This document shows positions 23,668-35,589 of a DNA stretch of 50,007 nt, one piece after another (position 1 is the first letter of the stretch; the number at the start of each line of letters is the position of its first letter). Made by a program: the position numbers and the translations under genes. The notes beneath the pieces were generated by a model. It was given only the letters and a program-made list of their open reading frames with translations. It made no database searches and was not told the DNA's origin. Source of the stretch: Polymyxa betae A26-41 (taxonomy: Eukaryota; Protista; Endomyxa: Phytomyxea). The stretch is from assembly GCA_003693705.1 (NCBI GenBank), contig RBZT01000181.1, forward strand, positions 1 through 50,007, given 5' to 3'.

Positions 23668-24247
23668 CGCTGTCCGTCATATATTGATGATGGATAGAAT
23701 CGGGTCGTTACTGTGTGTATTCGGGTTGGGAACCTGGATCTACGTTCTCTATAGGGGCATCGATGCAGATTGCGTGATGCAGATTTGAGTGAATTCATCG
23801 ACGAAATTTCTCTATGCTGAATGTCAGCAAAAGTCGGAAGGCAAATACTCATCTGATAGAGCGTCTTAGTGACATCTAGAATCTGTTAATGGCATTTCTG
23901 TAGAAGGCTCCCAATTAGTTCAGAGTTGATGAATTATATTAACTCTCAGAATTGCTATAAAATTCAATCCAGAAATCTGACTAGATTAGTTCGAGCTGCT
24001 ACAGTATTTTTGGTAGAATGTGGCAAAATAAATCGTATGGTTTCGTAGCGCTATATATTTTACCTAAAGCTTTGTCCGATGCCCCCCGAATGCATTTTCG
24101 GATGCATGTTGTCGTCTAAGCCGAAGATTATCCACAGGCTGAAGCCAAACTTTCTTTGGTTCTGAGATTTCTGGGCTCGATAGCGGACTTTCAAAATCAA
24201 CAGATTTCTATGTTCTACAATTCAGCAGCCCGAAATGCAGCAAGTCT

Positions 24248-24430
24248 AGATAAGTAGCATAACACTACCAACAGATGAATGCAGTAAAGTACCAGATAAG
24301 TAACATTACGCTATCTGAAGAAGAGAGCAGTAAAGCATCAAGATATGTAACATTACACAACCTGCAGATGATTGCAGTAACAGATATGAAACATAGCAGT
24401 ACCAGCAGATGCATGCAGTAAAGTATCAAT
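24248..24430. repeat. Degenerate minisatellite, ~45-bp unit x ~4, downstream of the RING gene
   Basis: Recurrent agata.gtaacattac....cagatga.tgcagtaaagta. Confidence 0.7.
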
Positions 24431-24459
24431 TTATACAAATTTCAAATTCAGAGATGATT

Positions 24460-27400
24460 TCAGGGTTGGAGACGCTTCATCATGTCCGTCATTATATACG
24501 CTTGATACACGGACTGAATATTGTCCGGAAAGTACGACACGATCGGACTTCGGCATAACGGGCAATCGAGCTTATCCGTGGATTTCATGAGCTCGTCTAA
24601 GCAGCCATAGCAGATTCGATGTTCGCCGTGCAGGACGGCCACATCCGCCTATGAACACAGATCAGAGTCAGCCCAACCCCTAAACCCTAAGCAATGAAAA
24701 AAAGCGAAAAATTCGAATGAACGCTCAGCTGAAAAACTCCGTACCATGCGCGGATCCAATTTCTCAAATGTTTCTAAGCAGATCATACAGTCATCCTAAA
24801 ATTGAAAGTCAGTCTCATGTTACACGTTTTGATATGTTACGTTACCTCGAAGTCGACACCACGCTGGATGGTCGCAGGTTCAAACACGCTCGCTTCCGCA
24901 TCGTTATGGCGGCGAATGTAAGCGGCGAAGATCAAGTCCGCCACGGATCTGGGCAGACGGCGCCGTGTGTATTCGAGCGCGTCACGTTCCATGCTGGTCA
25001 GTGCGCAGTCCGTGGCGCTGCTGAACTGTGCCAAATCGATTCCGTTCTCCATGCAGTACTGCGCAACTTCTAACAGCACCGTACGGCCTCCGTCGAGGCC
25101 GCCCAGCTCCACGACACGTTCCACGTAGAACAGGAGATTATCCGCAGAGTGAATAAAAAACGGAGTAAGACCGCGGAGTTCAGCGGCCTCCGCGGATTTC
25201 AGCATGACTACACGACAATGGTCGCGGAGTTTGTTTAAGTGGCGGCGCATTAAATCACGCGGAGATTCTCGAGAGAAGGCTTTCGACCAGGTCAGCCAAC
25301 CCCGGGATTCGGAGTTGACGGGCTCCGGACTTGTCTGAGCCAGATCATTTTCAGCCCTACGAAAAATTAGACCGAAAGCCGTGCGGACTCCGTGACCGTA
25401 CCAGGGCAGGAAATTGCCGAATCGGAGTTTGAAGAATTCGAAATTGTCTTCGGACAAATAGACTCTCTGCAGCGGGTCCGATATACGTTTCATGAGGTAG
25501 GCGAGGACCTGGTTTGAAACGTTACAGTACAGGAAGTCGTGATTCGTAACGTATCCGCGTTCCGACGATAGCGAGTGGAACAAGTTCCAGAGCTTGGAGG
25601 AGTCCGCGATCTCGTCCAGGACGGTGTCGACGGAGATTTCGTCGTTCGCAATCTTCAGCCAGAATGCGCTCAGCAGCAAATATTTCCCCTCTCTGTTACA
25701 CTGGGTCAGCAGCTACCAGCAGTAACGAAAGATCACATTGTGATCAACAATTGGTAACATGAAACAGGACGAAAATTACAGAAGTGTGGAAGAACTGACT
25801 GAAACGTGATGTGTAACGTAAGAGCGCAAAGTATTGAAAGTATCAAAATGGCAAATGTGAAATATGGCATTCAAAAATCCGGCCGTTGGAGACATTTGGT
25901 AACGCAAATACGTAACGTGATAAAGGAAGAAATCGTCGAACTAACAGATGATGCGGACATCGTCCACTGGAGAGATAGAGAGCCTGATCGACAAAATCCA
26001 TGCCTAATACAAGGTCCTTGGCGTGCTTCATGTCCACTGCTGCTACAACGGTCAAGAGCGGAACGGAATCGGGGATAGGTTAACGTTACCGAAGTCCGCA
26101 ATCTCCGTCAAGTAACACCGCAGTGCCAGATTCGCAACCGGACGCGGCAGATGACTGTACGCAGTGCGGCGTTCCCGCGGGCTCAGGTTACGTATCACCA
26201 TGTCGACGATTTCGACGGAGTCCGTGACGGGCTTCGATTTGATGGCCCAATTCGCCAACAGAGCGGACATCTGCGGTAGCCGATGTAGATCTACGGAGTC
26301 CGCGAGACGTTTGTCCTCTTCAGAAAACGACGCCAAAAACAGGCCTTCGAATATAGGATGCGTCAACATGCGCTCCAAATCCGTGGGGGAATGGGAGGTA
26401 AACAGCTCCGCGGACCAACGACGGACTTTGTCCAAGTCCGTACAGACCACATCCATAAACAGCGGATGGCTGCCCAGCGTCGCAAAAAGCCCACGGCGTT
26501 GTTCCATCTCCATAGTGGGCGCTGATTCCAAGGCCAGATCGAGAGCCAGCGCGAACAGGTTGCGGGCCAGTATGTCGCCGATGAACGGGGCCGCGTTGAT
26601 GGCTTTGAGCAAGCTGCGGATTGCGGAGTTCGCATCGCCGAAATCGACCGAGATGGGTTCAGTGTGAGAATCGGGTTGGCGCGCGGCCTCCTCTTGTAGC
26701 AGCCGTTCAATGTGCCAGTAGTGGTAACGTAAACCGGCGAGGCCGAGCCGCGTCAGCGGGTGATTGTTGCAGAGACGGAGAAAGGTGCGCATGTCAGGAA
26801 TGTGCAGTCGAGAGAGTGCGTGGCAATGAACTGAGTAGAGGAGGTCGCGCTCCCAGTCACCATCCGCACTCCGAATCCTACAGTAATGTTACGGCGGTCC
26901 AATGGACGATTTCTAGGTTAGTGGTACCTCCAATTGGGAAGTCCAGAACTGTCAGGCAAAGGCTGCTCCCCAGATGGGTACGTGTCGCTTAACGTTTCAT
27001 GGAACTTGCGCAGCAAATCGATCAGTTCGGAGTCCGGGATCTGGGCCAGTATGTGTGCAACGTTAAGATACGCGAATATGTCCGGATAATTGTCGACAAC
27101 GACCTGACAGGACAGAGTCAGATCGTGACCCATGTAACGTAAAATTTGTTCCGCCACTGGAACTCGATCCGAATTGTGAACGAAGATTTTCTCGATTAGT
27201 AGCGCACGGACATATTCGTCGGTTTGTGATCTGCGGTGTTCGGCAAGTCGGCCGCGGACTTGCTCGGACAGGTTCACGAAGTTGAACGTTGTCAGGAACA
27301 GACGGACCCATTCGGACGGCGACACGCGCCCCGACAGACTCCGTTGTAACGTAACCAGCCGATCCGGACTCAGATACGACATCGTCCGATGATACAGGCT

Positions 27401-28201
27401 GTACATCCGCGGAGTCTGCGGATGCGTCATGATCACTGCGGAGATCATGTCCAGGTGGCTGCGGCTCAGCAACCGCGCGACCACGGATTCCGCCAACGCC
27501 GTCACGGACGGCGCTCTATTCATCCACTGCAGCAACTTATCGAAGGCCGCGGCCGATTTCTCCTGCGGTAACGCCAGCTCCGGGTACCGTTCCAGTAACG
27601 TAACCAACACCGACTGTGCGTCGGCGGATTCGGTCCAGTACGCCCCCGTGACGAGATCGTTCACGATCGGCGGATATTGCTGCCAGTTTTTGCTCTTCCA
27701 TCCGGACGCCATTCCCAGCAGGACGACGCCAATGACGGCGACTTCGTCGGGCGTACTGGCCCGCTGGGTCCATGTCCGGAGCCACTGAAGCCACGGCGTT
27801 TGACGTGGATAGCGTTGGCCGCAGTTGAATGGGGACCGGTCGTTCCGCGGCCGCATTCTCTTGAACAGCTGCGGCTTGAAATAGTCCGTGAGCGGTTTAT
27901 GATCGATCGCCATCCGCTCCAGTTCGTAATGCTCGAGCAGGCGGAAGATCGGCGACAGGTCCGCGTCGGTCATCGAGTCGCGTTTGAAGAATCTGACAGC
28001 AGAACGCGAATCAGTAACGTGAACCCCGGTAACGAAAGTGGGGGGACCCTACCCGGACTGTATCATGGAGCTGAGCTGATTCAGATCTCGCGAGACGTCG
28101 CGGTCTGGGGCCGGATGGGCAGAGGCCGCGCCCTCCCCGTGTCCGATCACGTTCAGGATCAGTACGACGACGATCGTTAAGCACCAGCATGCCGTGGACA
28201 T
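24460..28201 (-). CDS. Secreted ~1093-aa helical-repeat protein with a C-terminal RING finger (candidate E3-ligase effector), 8 exons
   Basis: Exons 28201-28053, 27992-26928, 26877-26090, 26042-25912, 25798-25737, 25692-24846, 24795-24745, 24648-24460. All introns are GT-AG and give a continuous 3282-nt frame. N-terminal MSTACWCLTIVVVLILNVIGHGEG is signal-like. C-terminal CMIC...HGEHRICYGC...CPLCR. Confidence 0.8.
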
Positions 28202-28824
28202 GATCAGGGATTGGATATTAATTTGATGATAGAATAATGAAGTGGCGGAACCACCGGAAGTTCCGGAATCACGGACTCTCCGGACCCTGTGATTCCACGC
28301 CGATTAATCCGTCATATCAGAAATTTGTGAAGATTCGTTATTCGTTCGGTGAAGTTTCTGGCCTTGTTCTCGCCATTATTACGACTGCAGAGTAACGTTT
28401 CCATCATGTGTGACACGTTTCATTTTGTTGCTGTAGAAAGGCTATCGTAGGCCCGCAGAATTTTGGAAACATGGGCTGGATCGAGGGCGGTGAACATTTC
28501 ATCATGAGTCACGCCGAATTCTGTCATGAAACGATTCCGGAACCAAAAAGATTCCGCGACAAATCGAATGCGACCTACCAGTTCCGAGCGCTCCGAAACA
28601 AGCTCTCATTCATACAGATTGACTCGAACAAATTGAGAAACACCTTCCATTAAAAAAAACAACACGTTTTCCATCTTTTGAAAAAATCTTAACAAGTTTT
28701 TGAATCTTTTGAAAGGAACAACAGGTTTTCCATCCTTTGAGAAAGAACAACAAGTTTTGTGGCATTTTTTGCATCAAATCGATGAAATGTCTATTGCTAC
28801 AAACGTGATAAACTCCCTCCCTTA

Positions 28825-31800
28825 TTATACATTGAACTGAATCGGGGCCTTATTCTGTCCGCCGACCTCTTGTTGAAATCTCAGCAGAGCCTGGCGATGT
28901 TCCGCTTGCAGACGACGTCGGTACCAGAATACAGCCGCCACCAAGATGGTCACCACAGCAACAGCGATGGCGGCCGTCACGGCCACGATTTCTTCAATCT
29001 GCCACGAGGTATCCAGCATCGATTGACGGAACCCGACTGTGTTGGAGACGGCTACGCTCAGGTCCCCGGTACGACACGCGTCGAACAGGCACATCTGCAG
29101 CGAAGAGCTGCGTTGCGCCAGCTCATCCATCGTCATACCAGATGGATTCAGTAATGACATTTCGCAGCTGCCTGAGTAACAGAAACGTCAACGTTTTTTT
29201 GTAATTTCAAACGGTTTACTAACAATCTGAAAAAATATTAAAGCGGTAAAAAACTAAAAACTTCAACGTTTTTTTGAAATTTTCAAACAGTTTAAAACCT
29301 GAAACAAAAATATCAAAAAGTTTTAGAATAACTTCAACGTTCTTTCGGTCGTTTTCAAACAGTTTACGAACCTGAAAAGTATATCTAAAAGTTGTAAAAA
29401 AATATGTTAGGGTTTGCGTTTATCTTTTTGTAATTTTCAATAAGTTTACAAAAATCCTTAAAAAATAGGTATCTGAAATATTGTGAAAAATTCACTGTAT
29501 AAAAATTGAAAACTTTACCGAGTGCGTCGAAAAACATGTCGATCGTATCGCAAGAGACAACGGGTTGGGGCGGGACGTCGTCCTCATCGGCGTCGGCCAA
29601 GGCCTGAAACCCGCTCCACGTCTCGGAGTCCGGATCGCCGACCCGAGCGCCACCCGGTGCGAAATACATACAGGTCTGGTTGGTGACCAGGTTCTGGGCC
29701 AGCATGGCCAGCAGGTCGTCATCGGCCTGCGCCAGTTGCTCTCCGCACATCGTCGTGCGGACCAGCGAGGGCCAGGACGGCAGCGTGTAGAATTCGCTCC
29801 AGTCCAGTTGGCGGCATCGGCGGTAATAGGTCGGCCGACGGCGTCCGCGGTCCGAATATTGGTTCCCGGCACGGTGCCCGTATTTGGTGCGGCCTTCCGG
29901 GTCGATATGCCCGCACAGACCCCAAGTCCGTCCATAGAGAGGCGACAACCCCGTCGAGTACTCGCCGACTGCTTGGCCACGGTCTTCGGCGCAGCTCGAA
30001 TCGATCGTGACCCGGAACGCGAACCACCCGTATTCCAGTACGGCCCCGGAGCACCCGAACTCTTTGTCCTGACACACGTTAAGTTACCGACTTGATGTAA
30101 CGAATATGTCACACAAAAATCAGCGGAAATGTAAAAACCAGAAATCTGGCCACAGAATGGGAAAAAAGTGAAAAAATGACGCAACAATTTACAAAATGAA
30201 CAAAAGAATCACAAAAACCTTTCAATTCTGGCAGAAAATGTCGCAACTTTTTGAAGAATATAACAAAAAGTTTGCTGCACGATACCATGGTAATTCGGAC
30301 ACCAGAGGTCGCTTTCCGCAGCCAGACGGGTCTCGTCGGGCTGCCGATGTTCACGTCCGCCGTCATGGACATCGATAGGGTCACGGATTTCTGCGTGGCC
30401 CAGTCCCATCGCCAGACTGTACAGCCGGCACCGCCGCACTTGATATCGTACACGAACACGTGGTCGGGCAGGACCGTAGCTCCGTAGTCCGCGCCACCGT
30501 TGCCCGTACACGCATAAGTAGCATCGCAGTGGTCCAGTCGATCGGCGTACTGGACCACGACGGGGTCAGTGGCCGGCCCGATGGTAACGAGGGAGTTTAC
30601 GTTACCGCATCGCTGAATACGATCAGTTTGGATTCGAAATCGCAGGAGACCGCAGACGGCTGCATGTACGAGACCGGGTCAGCACGACCATTGCAGGTGT
30701 AGGAGCGGCGGTCGCTGCGCCGGGTCGGGTCGCATTCTTTCTGGAGCGAGATGGCCGCGAACCGACGGTTGGCCACGGTGAGATGGTATCCGGCGCCCAT
30801 ATGATGATAATTGCAGCCTTCGAACGTGCTGATATGAGGATCACCGGCCTACAGCGCAGTCAGAGAAAACCTAACCCTAATACAGCTTGCCCGCAGCCAG
30901 ATGAAACATCATTGAAACAAATCAAGGGCAGAATGCACTAAAGCAAACCCACTAAAATTTTCTTCTTGCAAGCATAGCCAGCAAAATAAAAAATCCGAAA
31001 ACCAACGACAGATTTTTTAACCACGGAAACGGGTTCCAATCGAAAGGATCAAAAATGTAACATAAACGTGACGGTACCATGTTACAGGTATGAATGAGAT
31101 CCTTTTTCGTACAGTAATGATATCCGATGGGGCCAGATGCGTTCTGCTGAGTATCGTAGCATTGGGATCCGTATGGCAGCAATGGCGGGCATTTTGGTCC
31201 TGAAGGAGCTGGCGTCGGACTGGCTGTGGTGGGTGGTAACGCCCGCACAATCACCTAAACCAACCAGTAACGTTAACTCTGATGAAGCTCGATGAAGAAA
31301 ACGGCATTTGTTGCGTTTCGCCAAACGTCAGTAAGCAGGTCGACCGAAATTTGTAACAGAATATGATGAAATGTAACATAGTATGAAGGGAAGAAATAGC
31401 GAGAAGACCGTACCGGAGTTGGAGCTGGAGTCGGAGCGGGTGGAGGTGCAGGAGTGAATTTGGGGCCTTGGGGCGGTGTTGGGGCTGGGAGTGTCGAAGT
31501 CGGTGCTGGAGTTGGTGCATAGCGCTGAGGAACGGGTGCTGTTGTGATTGGGGCCGGGGTGGGGCCTTGGGGCGGTGTTGGGGCTGGGGGCGGAACCCTG
31601 GTTGGAGTCGGTGCTGGAGTTGGCGCATAGCGCTGAGGAACGGGAGCGGGAGTTGGTGTTGAGGTGGTTGGGGCCGGGGTGGGGTCTTGGGGTGGCTCTG
31701 GGGTGAACGGTGTTGCCGGAGGTTGTCCATAACGCTCAGGGGCTGGAGTCGGCGTATCAAGTATAGCTGTAGTTGTTGGGGCTGTCGATGGTGTCGGAGA

Positions 31801-31860
31801 TTGTCCGTAACGCGATAGTACCAGTGGTAACATTGTCACATAGAGTACCAGCGGCTTCAT
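28825..31860 (-). CDS. Mucin-like type I membrane protein: signal peptide, Pro/Thr repeats, VWD domain (GDPH), TM; 6 exons, ~675 aa
   Basis: Exons 31860-31414, 31254-31078, 30848-30606, 30549-30286, 30068-29519, 29171-28825 (2028 nt, in frame). VWD motifs CNMAGDPHISTFEG and TWGLCG. TM IVAVTAAIAVAVVTILVAAVFWY followed by RRR. Confidence 0.85.
29188..29385. repeat. Intronic tandem repeat, ~72-bp unit x3
   Basis: tcaacgtt....tttcaaac.gttta....ctgaaa at ~29188, ~29262 and ~29333. Confidence 0.7.
31414..31810 (-). repeat. Coding Pro/Thr repeats (PQRYAPTPAPT..PAPTPPQGP; RYGQ/RYAP motifs)
   Basis: Near-identical blocks ggggccttggggcggtgttggggctggg and catagcgctgaggaacggg each occur twice. Confidence 0.85.
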
Positions 31861-32100
31861 ATCAGATAAATTTGTGTTAAACTGCAGCAGACGAGATCGT
31901 GACGACGTTTAATAACAACGGACACGTGTGTAACACTATGCTCCCATATCTAGGCAGGGTGAAACAAAATATCTTCCTGGGTAGTAACGTTGTTTGACAC
32001 GTTACGAATATCTTACGATACACGTGCCTTATCTGATTCGCGAATCTCTCAGCAGTAGCATTATACGACGCCCGACGTAAAGCGCAACGGAGCTCATACG

Positions 32101-33518
32101 ATGCTAGTTACGTTACTGATCGTCTACGTTACCATTGGTAACGCTTTCAGCGGCAATGTCCCTGTCGATTCCTGTACCATCAGCGGCAACGGCCATATCC
32201 AAACGGTATCGTGAATGGATTCGTTTCCGGCTCGGTCTGTAACGTTATACAGTTAGACGGTGCCCGTTACGATCTTCATGGTGTTGGATTCCTGTCTGCA
32301 GTCCGAAACCAGTTCCTGGATTATCAGATTCAATTAGTAGCCACAGACTCCGAGAGTCATAGCTATCTCCGCCGCACTTCCGTCATTGTGAAGGGCGATG
32401 GACTTTGTCGTGCCGCAGACTGCCCGAACCGTCACAATATCATCATCTCATACGGCGTTGACGTTACCAGTAACGTGACCGATCCCGACTCGGTTTACGT
32501 TACCTTCCAACACGCTACCGATTCCAGCGCCAACTTTCAGACGCAACTGCTCGTAACTCAATTCCTGCGTGGAAAAGGCGTTACCGATGCCGTCAGCGCC
32601 GCTCTGACCATGACAGGGGTCGTACTGCGCGCCGTCGATAACGTTACCATGTCGGTGGAAATCCGCCTGGACGTGCAGGCCCCGGTCGTGATCTCCATCG
32701 GACCTGCGTTTACATCGATCAGCACCGAAGCGCTGGGTGGTGCTCTGGCCGGTGCGGACGGCCTCTGCGGACTCTATACGCGGACCGCCGTCGATGATTT
32801 TGGCGGAGCCGTGCTCGGAGCCCGCGCCGATTTCTACAGTAACGCGAAAATTGCGGCCTGGGCCGAACAGTTCGCACGCACTCAGGATCTGTTCCCTGCA
32901 AACAATCAAACCGGTAACGTTTTCCAACTCGCCAACAATTGTTTCATTGCACTTATGTTACAGTGGGCATTCAATTCAAGAAACGTTACACTCTTTCATG
33001 CTTACGTTTCATTATTTCTATCAATAGCGCATTCATGTTTCGAGAGCGTTTTCGTGAATTATATGCATCCACTCGATGTAACGTTAGCGACAGGCGATAT
33101 CGTTACAACCGCGCTGAGTTCAACAGCGAACAAACTGGAGTTCTGGTCCACTGATGCCCTGATGTCATCGTTACAGGACTGTCCCGGTGCGAACAATAAC
33201 GTTTCGTTCCGACTCTGTGTCCGTGATTACACGTTACCCAGCGGTCCCGCTCTCGGCCGTAGCAACTATGACGCAGTTCGGATTGCGGACCTCGATTCCG
33301 CCTACATTGCGTCACAATCGACGGCGGCCGCAACGCCAACCCTCGTGGAACGCCGCGAATCGGCGAAAGTGTCAACCACGGTGGCCGCCGCGGTGTCCGG
33401 CGGACTCGGCGTCGCATGCATCTTCGGCCTGATCGCCAACCGGCGTCTTCGTCAACGGCAGTCCGTGGAAATGACCAAGGCTCGCGCCTCCGCAATTCGT
33501 CTTGCCGACAGCTTATGA
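32101..33518 (+). CDS. VWD-domain type I membrane protein lacking GDPH (GNGH), 3 exons, ~396 aa
   Basis: Exons 32101-32205, 32253-32913, 33094-33518. Signal peptide MLVTLLIVYVTIGNAFS. VWD motifs CTISGNGHIQT-LDGARYDLHG and DGLCG. TM VAAAVSGGLGVACIFGLIA followed by NRRLRQR. Confidence 0.8.
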
Positions 33519-34197
33519 GAGCCCAGTCCAGTATGACCGAATTCCCACTACGATTCCGCACTGTGTATAATTATACAGGAGAATGTCCGAGTCGATGTTT
33601 GTGGTTGGTCCCGTGTAGGGTTTAGGGTTAGGGTTTGAGACAATCCAATTGTAGCGTAGTCCGTCTCCATCTCTTCCATCACTCAACACATACGTCTGTG
33701 GCCTGCAGGGGACATCAGACTTAGAGCAAACCCTAAAGGAGGGATGTGCGCGGCCTCTTGCTTCAGGGAATCCCTCTCTGTATCAGTCAACGACTGGTGT
33801 CGGTGCGGCTCTGAACGATTCCGTCAGCTCCTGATTCTGTCGCAGATCTAAAATACACAGAATCTGTGATAGAAAAAGAATAGAGCGAATGAGCATCACG
33901 GCAATGAGGCCGCCACAATTTTTGTCGGCTGAGTCGTTCTCTCGACATGATGGTTCTCCCTGCTCGGTTTTCGAACACTCACGGAGATACCTAGAGGCAA
34001 TAGACGTTAAGCAGTATTAAAGTGCGTTTTTCTTTTAAAATGTTCAAAGATCGACAATCAAACAGAAATCTACTTCGAAAGATGCAAAAAAATCATTCAT
34101 CGATAATGACAATGATGATTATGATGCATCACAATTACAGCTGTAATAATTACAGAGCAAAATATGACAGTGTAATGCATTAGCACGGACAAGGACG

Positions 34198-35589
34198 TTA
34201 CGGCTCCGGATTGGAAACCACGCGGCATCGATCGGCCTCATCAAGCAGATCGGCGATCTCAGATCCGTCTACGGCGTAATAACGTGCCCGACGCCGCTTG
34301 TTATCGACTTGATCGATCATGTTCACGCCCGCAACCAACAGCAGCTCGCGTACGGCGTCCGCATTCCCGACCTGAACGGCGTACTGCAAGAAGGGTCTCG
34401 GGCCCGTCAAAAGAGCGACGGCCAGAGCGTTGTCCGCGAACGGCGTCCGCAGCAGCATCCGCAGCAGGGCGTGCAGGCCCTCGGTGCGGATCAGCTCGCG
34501 AATAATGGCGCGGATATAGAAACTTGTGCCGAATCGAAAGTCGTCGGATTGCAGGATGGCGGCGATCATGGCGAACTTTTGCTTCTGAATCAGGACGCAG
34601 ATCTGGGTGGCCAACGCCCGTGCGGCATTAAAGACGAATGGGAGAACGGGCTGCAGCTCGGCGTCCGTGAACAGGTGGAGATTCAGGACATCGAGCCGAA
34701 TGGACGTCCCGAGGAAATAAAGCGTTCGAGCGAGTCCGGGGCGTTGAGGGAGACGCCGCGAAAGCAACATTGAGAGGGCGATTCCGATCGGCTCGAAGTA
34801 TTCGGGACGAATCTGTGAGAAGGGTTTCGGAAGACGAGATCCGATCCACGATGCGTCCGGATCCCAGCTCGGATAATCTCGCACCATCTCCAGAACGTCG
34901 TTCGGAATGTCGTCCACGGACAAGGTGTCGTCTGGAATCGATTGTAAGATCTTTTGGCAGGTCTGGTTGGCGGATGCCTTCAAAGAGGAAGGGCTGAATT
35001 CGACGACGAGAACGGCCCAGCCTGGGATCAGTCTGAAGACGGCAGGAATACGTCCGATCAGGTCGAATAAACTCAGAATCGTCCGCGAATAACAACGCAG
35101 AAGACGCCCTAAGAACAGGGCGGCGACCTCATCGGTGAAGATTTCGGTCAAAATCTTCTCCGAATCAGATCGCGGTCGAAATTCCGCGATCAGTTTGTCC
35201 ACGATTTCGACAATTTCCGAATCGGACGATCGCCCGCGGAGCCGTCGCTGCCACCGTTCGAGGCGAAGACGTTCCCGAAAGTACCCGAAGCAGCTCTTGC
35301 TGAGCAGAGCCATCTTCATCGCAAACCGTCCATCGTAGGTGGCATGCGCGGCCACGAAATCCAACAGCCGTTCATACGAGACAGGCGGCGGGTCGTACCC
35401 GACCAGTACGGAGTGGACGGCGACAAGTCGGTCGTCGCCAGCGACGGGTTCGGAGCCCGAACAGATGTTGATCTGGTCGATAGTGTTGGGTTTGGGGTCG
35501 TGGTGTGCCCCGGAGGCCGCACCCAATAGCAGCGCGGCCATCCAGATGGTCGCCGACCCGGAGGCTGCACTCAACAGCAGCGCGGCCAT
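34198..35589 (-). CDS. Secreted protein with C-terminal ankyrin repeat(s), 463 aa, intronless
   Basis: Long ORF with a signal-like N-terminus. C-terminal RPFLQYAVQVGNADAVRELLLVAGVNMIDQVDNKRRRARYYA...EIADLL fits the ankyrin consensus. Confidence 0.8.
   Translation of the reverse strand: MAALLLSAASGSATIWMAALLLGAASGAHHDPKPNTIDQINICSGSEPVAGDDRLVAVHSVLVGYDPPPVSYERLLDFVAAHATYDGRFAMKMALLSKSCFGYFRERLRLERWQRRLRGRSSDSEIVEIVDKLIAEFRPRSDSEKILTEIFTDEVAALFLGRLLRCYSRTILSLFDLIGRIPAVFRLIPGWAVLVVEFSPSSLKASANQTCQKILQSIPDDTLSVDDIPNDVLEMVRDYPSWDPDASWIGSRLPKPFSQIRPEYFEPIGIALSMLLSRRLPQRPGLARTLYFLGTSIRLDVLNLHLFTDAELQPVLPFVFNAARALATQICVLIQKQKFAMIAAILQSDDFRFGTSFYIRAIIRELIRTEGLHALLRMLLRTPFADNALAVALLTGPRPFLQYAVQVGNADAVRELLLVAGVNMIDQVDNKRRRARYYAVDGSEIADLLDEADRCRVVSNPEP

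Noticed and set aside
35250-35390. F-box-like helix in the ankyrin protein (YERLLDFVAAH..MKMALLSKSCF)
   Set aside because: The similarity is too weak to call without a profile search.
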